Of a DNA stretch of 64,000 nt, positions 12,828-25,282 are shown piece by piece. Both the position numbers and the translations under genes were made by a program. The notes beneath the pieces are model-generated. The model worked only from the letters and a program-made list of their open reading frames with translations. It was not told the origin of the DNA and did not search any database. Origin of the DNA: Octopus sinensis (taxonomy: Eukaryota). Location: assembly GCF_006345805.1 (NCBI RefSeq), contig NC_042999.1, positions 21,390,001-21,454,000 of the forward strand. Reading direction: 5' to 3'. Every line of letters begins with the position of its first letter. The first letter of the stretch is position 1.

Positions 12828-13029
12828 TTGCAGTTCCAATGAGTAATTATAGGCAACGATAAGATCATTCTACTGACTGTTCTTTTTATATTGTTAGTAT
12901 TAAAGGGATTTCTTTGTAGCAGACATAAAACAAATTTATTTACCAAAACGTGAATGCAACGAAAATAATTACCACCATATCAAACATTACAAGTTTCTCG
13001 AACCCAACATGATGAACTCAACTCGAATG

Positions 13030-13600
13030 AAAATTGACCAAGAAGCGATTGCTGACAGTGTGTTTATATTTTCGCCAGATTTCGAATGCGGAAACAGATA
13101 CAGTGAGGTTCCACTTCTTTTTACATAATGATACTTTAGTTTAGGACGATTTTAAAATTGTCAAAAGCTGAAGAAAAACTCTTCATCTTTCGTTTAAAAG
13201 GAAGACATATACTTGTTGAAAGCTCAATTGTTTATATGTACAGAAAGCGAAAGTTCATTTCAAAGTAGACGGTTATGTTATTGTCATGGAATTAATGGCC
13301 TTTTAGGAGGTTTTCTGAGAGGCATGTTGTAAGTGAATGGCGACTTTTATACCGGCATCAGTAGGAACACCTAAATCTGTTTTATTGCATAATGGATATT
13401 TAAAACCATTTAGCCCCATCATTTCTTTAATGCATTCAAAATAATCTATGTGAACATGAAAATTCTTTTTAATGCAATTCAATACAACGATCACAATACT
13501 TGTGGAGAACTTAAAGTAATTGCTATTGTAATGGGCATGCAAAGGGGATGTATGAAGCACTGCTACTTTACCTGTGAAACTGTCCCTCTATTACTGAGCA
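13030..13600 (+). pseudogene. Degenerate DNA transposase relic, CMC/Chapaev3-like
   Basis: Frameshifted translation gives LSKAEEKLFIFRLKGRHIL, EWRLFI...KSVLLHNG and MKILFNAIQYNDHNTCGELKVIAIVMGMQRGCMKHCYFTCE. These resemble the EWRLFIDSSKRSLKAVLLHNG...ICGDLKV...GQQ.GYTKYPCFLC motifs that I recall for Chapaev3-type transposases. Family assignment is from memory. Confidence 0.65.
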
Positions 13601-13884
13601 TTATACGAGAAACGAATTGCCGAAAAGGTCCTCAAATATGCCTCAAATAATATTCAATGTTTCCTTAAGTAATGAGATGAAAATATTTACATTAAGCCTT
13701 CAGGTTTTAATGTAGATATTTCCTATGAGCATATGTATAAAAATAATTTGATGGGGATCTCAATTCCTTGAAGAAATATTTACAAAATCACATACTGTAT
13801 AAATAAAAGACTGAGTTTTGTGGGGCCATCGATACAAGTGGTAATAAAATATAAAAATGCTGAAGTAAGATATACAACGCAGGC

Positions 13885-14050
13885 AGAAGCATCAATGCGT
13901 GGTAAAAAAAAAAATATCGTTTAACAACCAGGAGGTTTCGTGTTCAGTCCCACAGCGCGGCGCTTCGGGCTATTGCCGTCTGTTGTAGATACGGATCGAC
14001 TAATGCCTTGAGAGTGAATTTGGTGGAGGAAAATATGTGGAAGCCCGTTG
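13885..14050 (+). mobile_element. Degenerate SINE family A head
   Basis: gtgttcagtcccacagcgcggcgc...gccttgagagtgaatttgg...gaagcccgttg; interrupted by the MITE at 14059. Confidence 0.6.
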
Positions 14051-14058
14051 TGAATATA

Positions 14059-14274
14059 CGAGCGGGTGCTGAAAAGTTTCCGGTTTTAAAGGTAACGTGA
14101 AAGATATAGTTGGAGTCCCAAACTTCCGAGTTTTTTATACGACTTAGAGAAACTGAAGGGCCGCTGCAATAAGTTTATGAATCTCGGAACGTAATGTCTT
14201 AGATAAAATCATAATTAATTGGTCCCCTTGTATTTAATTTTACCAAAAGCCAGAAACTTCTCAGCAACCCTTCG
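14059..14274 (+). mobile_element. Mariner-derived MITE (216 bp)
   Basis: TA on both sides; imperfect TIRs cgagcgggtgctgaaaagtttccggtttt / aaaagccagaaacttctcagcaacccttcg; internal segment homologous to a mariner C-terminus. Confidence 0.85.
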
Positions 14275-14280
14275 TAGACA

Positions 14281-14290
14281 TACATGTATG

Positions 14291-14322
<32 letters not shown>

Positions 14323-14361
14323 TGTATGTATGTATGTATGTATGTATGTATGTATGTATGT
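14281..14361. repeat. (TATG)n
   Basis: Read directly from the sequence. Confidence 0.95.
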
Positions 14362-14776
14362 GGCGGCGAGCTGGCAGAATCGTTAGCACACCGGGCGAAA
14401 AGCTTAGCGGTATTTCATCTGCCGTTACGTTCTGAGTTCAAATTCCGCTGAGGTCGACTTTGCCTTTCATCCTTTCCGGGTCGATTAAATAAGTACCCGT
14501 TACGCACTGGGGTCGATGTAGTCGACTTAATCGATTTGTCCGTCCTTGTTTGTCCCCTTCATGTTTAGCCCCTTGTGGGTAATAAAGAAACAGGTATTTC
14601 GTCTGCCGTTTACCTTCTGAGTTCAAATTGCGACGAGGTCGACTTTGCCTTTCATCCTTTTGAGGTCGATTAAATAATTACCAGTGACGCACTGGGATCG
14701 ATGTAATCGACTTAATCTCTTTGTCTGTCCTTGTTTGTCCCCTCTATGTTTAGCCCCCTGTTGGCAGTAACAAAAT
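14362..14776 (+). mobile_element. SINE family B followed by a tandem 5'-truncated second unit
   Basis: Full unit at 14362-14590; second unit restarts at ggtatttcgtctgcc (14592) and ends at ~14776. Confidence 0.88.
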
Positions 14777-15319
14777 ATATCTGTATGTTTATATCTGGGT
14801 CTGTGTAAGTTTCTTTATGTGTGTCTCTGCGCTTCAGTTTGTTTCCGTCACACCCGTTTGCATCAGGTGTCTGTTTCTTTACGTCCAGTAATCTAACGTT
14901 GGTTGAAGTACCAATATTAAAAAGAACACACACTAGGGTCCATTTGTTATGCTTCAAGGTAGCTAGCATAGCTTCAAATCATTAACTGAAACAAGTAAAA
15001 GATAGTCGGTAAAAGTAAATAATGATATGGCATAAAAATGGAAATTACAGGCTTCCATATTTCAAAAATGGAGTTGAGATGTTGATTGATTCTTTGATAT
15101 CATGAAGTACTTCGGGTGCACAAAATTACATTTCTTACGTTTAAAGATTTCATTCTTAAAGATCAGGATGCAGTTTATGAGCCACATGACGTGGTATTCA
15201 CTCTGACATTAAACATATACAAACAAATTATCAAAGATTCTGAAATGAATGCAAACACGATAGAGACAAATGCTGGCGTTTATATCGTAACCATAAATTT
15301 CCATTTATAAGAAAATATG

Positions 15320-15827
<508 letters not shown>

Positions 15828-16205
15828 GTATATGGGGGAAAAGTGAAGATAGAAAATGCTAAAATGATTTTTAAAAAAACATTTCAATCCCGGTTTCAGT
15901 CATTGAGACTTTTTCAACTGTAACAATTAAACAATTAAATTTAGAAAAACTAAAAGAAAAATCATTTTAAAAGAATATCTGCATAGTGTTCAAATGCAAG
16001 TGGCATTTTCCTTGTTTCTGCCTGTCTCTGTTCCTCTTGTCTATTCTTGTGGGTTCGAGGTCGTTGGGAATTCTTGGTAGGGAAGAAGAAAAAGGAAAAA
16101 AAAGAAGAAGAAATCACATGTGCTGGACAGCTGTCTTGGTACGATGTATACGAAAGTATCTTGCAAGCGTTGTAGTTACTGAAATAAGTCATAAAATGAA
16201 GAAAC

Positions 16206-16593
16206 AGGAGTGGCTGTGTGGTAAGTAGCTTACTTACAAACCACATGGTTCCGGGTTCAGTCCCGCTGAATGGCACCTTGGGCAAGGGTCTTGTACTACA
16301 GCCTCAGGCCGACCAAAGCCTTGTGAGGGGATTTGGTAGACGGAAACTGAAAGAAGTCCGTCGTATGTGGGTGCATGTGTGTATATGTTTGTGTGCCTGT
16401 GTTTGTATCCGCCAACCGATGCTTGACAACCGATGCTGGTGTGTTTATCTCCCCGTAAATTAGCTTTTCGGCAAAAGAGACCGATAGAATAAGTACTAGG
16501 CTAACAAAGAATAAGACCTGGGGTCGATTTGCTCGACTACAGGCGGTGCTCCAGCATCGCCACAGTCAAATGACTGAAAGAAGTAAAAGAGTA
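16206..16593 (+). mobile_element. SINE family A, full length
   Basis: aggagtggctgtgtggtaag...cagcatcgccacagtcaaatgactgaaagaagtaaaagagta. Confidence 0.9.
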
Positions 16594-17269
16594 TTTCTCT
16601 CGACTGGCAGAAAGGGAGACAAATACTGTGTGAAACCAGCAGTAACGAGTTATCTATTACGAAGATGTCTGAAATTATTTATGTACCTGAAGTCAGGTTT
16701 TTATATAGTTCCACAAGAAATTATCTTACTGAACATGCTACTTAAGTGCGTCCAAATGTAAATGATTTCTTAGGTGATAATATATGAGATAAGTGTTTTA
16801 TAAGTACTTCACATGGTGCATAAAATTGGTATTAACCGGGTAATTTTCACAAAAACCACTGTGCAAAAAATTATTCTAAATTTTGAAACACTTAGTGCTT
16901 GCGATATATAAAGTGATCTATACACATATACACACATACAGGCCTACACATATTTACACACAATCGAGATATCTTACCGATACACAGGCGCCTCACATAT
17001 ATATATATATATATATATAATCTCCGTATTTATCTACACGCCAAACAAATTTCAGTATCTGAAAATAATATACAGGTGCCAGAACGAAGGACTGAATAAA
17101 TATTCGATTAAGATTAGGAAGAATAAGGTTTTCACTACATTTGTGAGCGTGCACGCACGCGGGCGTGTGAGTATAGGAGCAAGTGTAGATGTACATGTGT
17201 GTATATATAAACGTACATGTTTGTATATAACTAAATGAATATTTACATATATGTGTATACATGTATATG

Positions 17270-17317
17270 AATATATATCTGTATCTATATCTAAGTGCAT
17301 TTATGCATATAAATGCA

Positions 17318-17386
<69 letters not shown>

Positions 17387-17534
17387 TTTCATATATATAT
17401 ATATATATGTATACATACACACATACACTATATATATATGTGTGTGTGTGTATATATATGTGTGTGTATGCATGTATATGAATATATATCTGTGCCTATG
17501 TCTAAGCGTATTTATGCTTATAAATGCATATATA

Positions 17535-17581
<47 letters not shown>

Positions 17582-17631
17582 TATGTATGTATACATACAC
17601 ACATATATATATATGTATATATATATATATA

Positions 17632-17671
<40 letters not shown>

Positions 17672-17690
17672 CTATATATATATATTTCAT
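17270..17690. repeat. (TA)n-rich low-complexity tract
   Basis: Read directly from the sequence. Confidence 0.9.
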
Positions 17691-18223
17691 ATCCTGTAGA
17701 TAAATGGGCTTCATATGAGATAATTTCTATTTTCTATTAAAAGGTAATCAGCCATATTGATAGCTTCTATTTTAGAAAGCGCTACATACTCCAGAAGCAA
17801 TTTAATAGTAAAAGCCAAAATAGCAGCGAAGTGAGGGATGGGGTGAAATACAATGATTGGTGACACATTGTGAGCTATTTGCATGTTTGCTCGATGCATT
17901 TTGGAATAGATAAATATTACTAAAATAATAAAGAATTTCAAGAACGATTTTGAACGCAAAATTAAGATCTTTGAAAAATGCAATTTACATTCAGCCATCT
18001 ATCATCCCTTCCATACTTCTATGTATGCATATATGAATATAAATACGTTCACATAACTATACATATACATACATACATACATACATACATACATACATAC
18101 ATACATACATACACACAAATATATATATATACATACACATATTAGTATATATGTGCGGGTGTGTGTGTGTGTATTTTGTGTGCATGAGTGTTTATATATA
18201 CATATCTATTTATCAATCTTTCC

Positions 18224-18254
<31 letters not shown>

Positions 18255-18284
18255 CATATATATGATTGATTGATTGATTGATTG

Positions 18285-18333
18285 ATTGATTCTAGTTTCA
18301 GCTTATGAGCTGTGGCCATGCTGGGGCACCGCC
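18285..18333 (-). mobile_element. Isolated CR1/SINE-A-type 3' end with (AATC)n tail
   Basis: Minus strand ggcggtgccccagcatggccacagctcataagctgaaactagaatcaatcaatc. Confidence 0.65.
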
Positions 18334-18345
18334 ATTTTATATAAG

Positions 18346-18449
<104 letters not shown>

Positions 18450-18451
18450 TT

Positions 18452-18482
<31 letters not shown>

Positions 18483-18491
18483 GTATATATA

Positions 18492-18756
18492 TCTTATATA
18501 AAATCCGTCTGTCTGTCTGTGTGTGTGTCTTCTAGGATTTCGGGCATCCTCCTTCTGACTGCGGTCAAATTTGATATGTAGTTACCGACGGTATCATGGC
18601 GTGTATAAGTCTAGAAAGATCGCTGAGAATGCGATCGATAAAGCCGTGGGAACGTGCATTTGTACGCGCAAGTACATCAGCACCGTCCATTGCGCGGGAG
18701 GCGTTTTGCTCGTATATATATAAAAGTAATCAAGCAACGCCGGGTTCAGTTACTAG
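18492..18756 (+). mobile_element. Non-autonomous Helitron
   Basis: A|TCTTATATAAAA 5' end, (TCTG)/(TG) subterminal repeat, 3' agcaacgccggg followed by CTAG|T; inserted between A and T with no TSD. Confidence 0.8.
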
Positions 18757-19074
18757 TTAATATGTAACTGTCAGATGAATGACCGCTTGAGGGTTTGTAG
18801 TTGTTATAATTGAGTATTCATTTTCACTAAAAGAGAAAACACACATATATACACATAAATACACACATAAATACACACACAAATCACAGACACACAGACA
18901 CAGACACATACACACATAAGAAACAAGTTAAAATAATGGTCATTACATACTTTATCCTTTTTCGAGCAAATTTGACTTACAACTGTTTCCAGTTATCATT
19001 ATAGGTACGTTGCTGATAAGTTTCCTCAAATGGTCTATCGCTGAATTGAGGGGGAAAAAAAATATATATATATA

Positions 19075-20365
19075 CGAGGGGCGTTCAATAAGTAATGCCC
19101 CTGACCCACTTCCCATAGCAGTAGAGCAACGAAACTTGGCACAGTTATTAGTCTTTTTCTACATAGAAACCACCCAGAGTTACGCATTTCTCCCATCGTT
19201 TGATGCGCGTCTGGAGACCGTTTTTGTAGAAGAACCCAGCTTGGTCCTTCAACCTCAACGTGACTTCAGAAATCAAGGCTGCATCATCTGGGAAACGCTT
19301 TCCTTTCAAAAACAACTTCATGATTGGGAAGAGGTGAAAATCAGAGGGTGCAAGGTCAGGAAAGTAGGGGGTATGGGGAGGATTTCATAGCCATACGCCT
19401 GTGCTTCTGATCTGGCGACAAGCGAGTTGTGGACCGGAGCGTTGTCCTGCAGGAGGAGGATGCCTTTGCTGATCTTGCCCCGCCTCTTGATTTTGATAAC
19501 TTCTCTTAATTTCCTCAAAAGTGAAGTATAATAGGTTCCTGCAATTGTGGTACCCTTTGCCAGGAAATCTGTCATCACTATTCCGTCCTGGTCCCAGAAG
19601 ACTGTGAGCATGACCTTGCCAGCGGAGGGCTGCACCCTTGCCTTCTTTGGAGGGGGTGAGTCACGGTGCTTCCACTGCATTGACTGGGCTTTGGACTCTG
19701 GATCATCGTGATGGACCCAGGTTTCATCCTGTGTAATCAGTCTTTTGAAAAATTTTGACTGATCTTCTTGGCACAATTCCAAATTCACCCTCGAGCACTC
19801 GACACGTTCTTGCTTCTGGAAAGGCGTGAGCAACCTGGGAATCCATCTGGCAGACACCTTTTGCATATGCAAATGGTCATGAATGATAGTTTCTGCAGAC
19901 CCGGTACTAATCTTGACCTCATGGGCTATTTGGCGAATAATTATACGTTGATCTTCCAAAATGGCAGCCTCAACTTGACGGACAGATGCCTCATCAATGG
20001 CAGAAGGGGGCGACCAGATCTGGGAGCTGTTTCCACAGAGTTCCGACCATTTTTGAATTCACGATGCCAGCGTTTCACAAGGTCATATGATGGAGCATCA
20101 TCATCATAAGTTACTTTCATTTCATCAAAAGTCTCCCGTGGTGTGCGTCCTTTCAAATACAAACACCGGATCACTGCTTGACACTCAACAGGCTCCATTT
20201 CACACTTGACTCGGTTCAAACACCTGTAAATCAGAAACCACAATTAATTCAGAGCTGTAATTTGCCACTTACTCTATAGAGATATAGATAATTGCACATG
20301 CAAAATTTCAGCTAGATCAAACAACTGCAAGTGGGTCAGAGGCATTACTTATTGAACGTCCCTCG
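19075..20365 (-). mobile_element. Near-complete mariner (DD34D) transposon, 1291 bp
   Basis: TA on both sides; 37-bp TIRs CGAGGGGCGTTCAATAAGTAATGCCCCTGACCCACTT / AAGTGGGTCAGAGGCATTACTTATTGAACGTCCCTCG (2 mismatches). Confidence 0.97.
19148..20198 (-). pseudogene. Mariner transposase with two frameshifts
   Basis: MEPVECQAVIR..HTH; WIPRLLT; ITQDETWVH; LLQDNAPVH; PDLAPSDFHLF; ends RWEKCVTLGGFYVEKD*. Pieced together from ORFs 19941-20243 and 19318-19959 plus a third frame. Confidence 0.93.
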
Positions 20366-21675
20366 TATATGTATGAAAGTGCTTTTTGTACATGTGTGTG
20401 ATGTATACAAAGAGCTGAAATTAGAAATAATCTTGTGGTGTCATTTGAATTAAACTATATATACCAACATATATGAATATGTGTGTATGTGCTTGTGTGT
20501 GTGTGTGTATGCCTACATATACTATTATATATACCTATATATATATATATGTATATATGTGTGTGCACGCGCGGTGTGTATGTATGCATCTGTATGTGTG
20601 TGTATATGTATGAGTTTGTAGACATAAATTATGTACCTTCCTATATGTACAGGTGTTCAGATTCATAAACAAAAACATCTAAACTAATAAGGATTTCACT
20701 GATTAGATGATAATATATACGATTCAAAACCTTTTTTTTTTTTGTTTCGTGATGGAAAAATATACATACAAGTACATTCCATATAAAATTTGCAAGTTAC
20801 ATCTATTAGTTAAAATAGTGTTACTGAAAACCTTGTTTTCCTAAGGTTCATTCTCTTCCTTTCACTCGCTCTCTCTCTCCCTCTCTCGCTTATATTTCTC
20901 CTTCTGAAGATCATTATATGTTTCTCTCTCAGTGACACATTAATAATCCTTTCTACGTTGTCTTCGTCTATCTGATTCTATCGATACTTATTCATTGAAA
21001 TATAATGTGTAGTCGTTCGCAGGTGTTTGTCTTTTCAACTTTGAATTGTGTCTTTCTAAATAGTTTGTATGTTTATAATATATCGCTGTACGGCATAATT
21101 AAAACTTAAAGAAGCACAAGCTCAGTGTATACAACGCAAACAGCTGATAAAACAAATGAATTAGCAATAAGTTTGAAGACAGAAGACAGAATGAAATGCT
21201 TAGCAAGGCGGCAGCCATATATCACAGTGAAATATTATGATACTAGATACTCAGCAGACCTCATTTGCAGACATTTCAGCTCAATAAAAGGCGAATTTAA
21301 TGGAGTAAGGTACAAAGACAAATAAAAGACATCAAGTGAAGAATTTAACAAATGACAAGTCTGAAAATTATTGTCATTATTACAGATATTTCTTCTTTAC
21401 AATATTCACGACACAATACTTTCAGTCTTTAATAATTGAAACATTTGCCTCCGGTGCTTGCACTAATTTATAGAGTCGTATTTTATTTCAAAGAAACCAT
21501 TTTCAAATATAGAAAGTGAATATCTCAGGAAGTTTTCTAAGCTGGCTTATGGAAAAATTTGAATGCAATAAAAATGTTAAGCCAACAATGCAAATAAATC
21601 AGCTTTAGCAGCATAAATTTATGAAATAAAACTGCAAACGATGTGCTGCAGTCTGGAATTGTTGGTGAATGTAAT

Positions 21676-21817
21676 GCGGTTTTGAAAAGAGACCGATAGA
21701 ATAAGAACTCGGCTTACAAAGAATAAGTCCTGGGGTCAATTTGCGTGACTAAAGACGGTGTTCCAGCATGACCACAGTCAACTAACTGAAGCAAGTAAGA
21801 GAGTAAAGAGTAAAAGA
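21676..21817 (+). mobile_element. SINE family A, 3' part
   Basis: aaaagagaccgatagaataag...ccagcatgaccacagtc...aagtaagagagtaaagagtaaaaga. Confidence 0.85.
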
Positions 21818-22060
21818 CTACTCCACCACAGAATCAATAACGAGACTAACGCTCTCATAGTTCGACCTGAACTCTCTACTGGTTCATTCCATTCATAAGA
21901 CTCGTCTAGTCCACTGACAGTCATGTGCGGGGAGGTCAGTTCACTCCACAATAAAGTTATAAAATTACATTGCAAATTCTATTTCTGACATACGTTTCGG
22001 TTTTTGTCTCATGATTGTTTATGACGAGATTTGAACTTTAAACATAGTTGTAAAGAATGG

Positions 22061-22400
22061 AAACTTATATTTCAAGTACAGCTCTATGCTTCACTGTGTT
22101 AACATATGTATCAGACTCTCAAATAAAAGAGTACACATGTAATCACCATGATCACTTTAATCAACTTGACCGACCAGTCCGTCGGGCGTCCATTTGACAC
22201 CGATGGTCACAGCACGCTGTCCACTCCTCTCTGGATCGCGCCTTTCTCATCCACGTGATCCCAAATGGGCGCCCTATAGTGTCAAATGGACGCCCGACAG
22301 ACTGGTCGGTCAAGGTGATATCATGTGTACTCTTATATTTGAGATCCTAATACATATGTTAACACAGTGAAGCATAGAGCTGTACTTGAAATATAAGTTT
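22061..22400. mobile_element. Foldback element with ~120-140-bp inverted arms and a 78-bp spacer
   Basis: Left arm aaacttatatttcaagtacagctctatgc...gggcgtccatttgacac (22061-22200) pairs with 22279-22400 with one indel region; no TSD seen. Confidence 0.8.
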
Positions 22401-23256
22401 TCATATCTTTGTCAATCAACGAAATAGTCTCAGCAATTTATCCTTTAGACTCTCAAAAATGATTTGTCAAAATTAAATCTATATGGGTAACAGAAGGAAT
22501 GTTTTCAAATTTGGACAGATACACTTGTGCTAAGAACTAGATATATTTGTCTGAAATAATATGCAAATTTATGAAAACATTAAGTCAACATTTAGTGCTA
22601 TGGGAATATCATTATGTTCCAAGGTTATGTTTTGTTCAAAATCAGTCTCTAAAATCAATGTCCGAATGCGCAATTTTTTACTAGTCTATCATGATGTTTG
22701 CACATTTCTAGAAATTCTACAAAATGTTAGCATTTTCTTGGCGAAAGGTGTAGAAACACATTCTAAATGCTGCACTAAGTGGGTTCTAATTCAAAGCTAG
22801 TGCGGTTTATTGAATGCTATCATAGAGATATTTGAAAGCTTTTGTAAACTTTTAACAGTAATCTTATGTGTTGTTTTCAGATACATTGAGAATGGGCAAT
22901 GGACTTTCAAATTGATTAACGGAAGACTTAATATATTACTTTGCTCAGTTTGTGATAATATTTTCATTGCTGTAAGCTTTGTTACGTAAGAAAATGAATA
23001 GTACTCGCGTGATATTACACTGAAATAACCAATGATTACCGAAGTAACTTGAGGATAAGAGTAGATTACGTTGGGAACATCTGTAAGAAGTTTGAGAAAG
23101 CTTTAAGAGAAATAGTCAGAATGAAGCAAAATAAGGTCCTTTTCATGAAGAAAGAAAGATTATTCTTTTCTAATATAAACAGAAATACCGGAACATAAAG
23201 AAAATAGGAGTGTCTCAAAAATTTGTGAAATGCTTTAATCAGGTTTTTATAACTTA

Positions 23257-23621
23257 CTAGCATTATCGCCCGGCGTTGCTCGGGTTTGTTTCGAGCCTTT
23301 AGAATCAGAATTTTTGAAAAGTAAAACTTTTGCATTATGCAGCTTGTTATTCTCTTTAAGTGAACATTTTTGGGGTTGAAATACACCGAAAAATGGAGTC
23401 AAAGCAGACAAAAGATCGTAAAAAATAGGGATTTTCATGAAAAAAAAGGACCTTTTTGATGTAAATAATTTTTGGTGTTAACATGGTCCGATTTGAATTT
23501 TTTTCTTCTACGGAAGGAGGAGCAAGCCTTCTTCTATCATACTCTAGCGGAGGAGATAGTGTTTGTTGAAGGCTACCAAACCTGCCACACACAGACAACT
23601 TCAGCTTTATATATAGAGAGA
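23257..23621 (-). mobile_element. Non-autonomous Helitron (same family as 54569-54959)
   Basis: Minus strand A|TCTCTCTATATATAAAGCTG ... cccgagcaacgccggg hairpin, then CTAG|T. Confidence 0.85.
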
Positions 23622-23964
23622 TTAATAAAACTACGAAGTGCTGTTGCTAAGTATCCACGAGAAATTTCAGGTAATGATTATAACATCGATATTTAAAAGC
23701 GATACATTGATATCACTGGAATATATGATTAAGAAATTTTCCGGGAAGAAATCATATTTTGTTGTTTATCTTTGATTATACATTTTCAGAATGAAGACAA
23801 ACTAATATTTGCTGAACGGTCGAATTTGGTGCACTCATGTTTAAGAATTCCTGGAGGAAATCGTGTCCTTTGCTGGAGTGGTCACAGTGTTCAAAACTAT
23901 AATCAGTTTTCGAAAAAATATTGCAATCGTCTTAATATTTACATAAAGAGAAAAGCATTAAATT

Positions 23965-24190
23965 TTTTTAAATATTGCTTCCCCCTCTCCACACAAATGA
24001 TGTTGTCCGAGGGAGGCAAAGGCCGATACAGTTTGGCACCAGTGACGTCGCAACTCATTTCCACAACTGAATGAACTGGAGCAACGAAAAGAAAATGTTT
24101 TGCTCAACACGCAGCCCGGTCCGGGAACCGAACTCACATCCTCACGATCGTGAGCTCGACACTCTAAACACTGAGCCATGCGCCTTCACA
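23965..24190 (-). mobile_element. tRNA-derived SINE family D, 3'-truncated
   Basis: Head tgtgaaggcgcatggctcagtgtttagagtgtcgagctcacgatcgtgagg...gagttcggttccc; homologous to 31572-31922. Confidence 0.8.
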
Positions 24191-24339
24191 TATGTATACA
24201 CACGACCCCCCCCACACACATATAATAATATATACATATATACATGCATTTGAATATATATGTTTGTGTGTGAGTATTCGTGTATGTGGGTGTATATTTG
24301 CATGAGTGTGTCTTTGCGTATGTATAAAAATATGTATAT

Positions 24340-24363
24340 ACATATAGTATATATACATATATA

Positions 24364-24460
<97 letters not shown>

Positions 24461-24462
24461 TA

Positions 24463-24494
<32 letters not shown>

Positions 24495-24650
24495 GTGTGT
24501 GTGTGAGTGTGTGTATGTATATACACAGACACACATATCGGTTGATGGGTGCATGAATATTTATGTCTGTGTATGTATGTGTGTATGTATGTGTATGCAT
24601 CTATGTATGTGTGAATGTATGTATGTATGTATGTAAGTATGTGTATATGT
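24340..24650. repeat. (TA)n/(TG)n/(TATG)n tract
   Basis: Read directly from the sequence. Confidence 0.9.
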
Positions 24651-25282
24651 ATGCCTTTATGTTTTTACATATAATAAAAAAAATATTCACTTTCTGTAAT
24701 TGAATATAATTAACAATTCCACGAAATGTTTTGCAAAAATAATAATCGTGTAAGTGAAGTTTTAACAGTGCATAAGAAGTGGATTGTCACGATTCCTATC
24801 GATTCTAAGACATTAGAAGACAAAATACGATGCTGTTGTTGTCAGCAGTAGACATGTTTCGTTAAACTCCAACCGATATTGTTAGATGAAACCCGAACGC
24901 ATCCTGAATTGAACGTGAAAAATACTATATTCAAATCGAAAATAAAACTTGATGCAAATCACCAAAGATCTTTATTATAAACAGAAGATAAACGATGATT
25001 ACGACAACAACCAAGAATAATAATGACACGCCGTTAAATAAATGAATAAAAATGTAAGATATCACCAGGAGAAATAATAGCAATTGTAAAAACGAGATGG
25101 CTTTTAGGAATGAAAGTTCGTTTTCGTGATTACTGTATTGATTTCGACTATGTTATATATACAATTTGTTTTTAAATTTTAAACAAAATTACAGCATACA
25201 TCAGCTTATTCTAAGCAGTTTATTGCAAGTGATTATATCATGCTGATATTCATGGGGTCATTACTGTTATTGCATCTTACGA

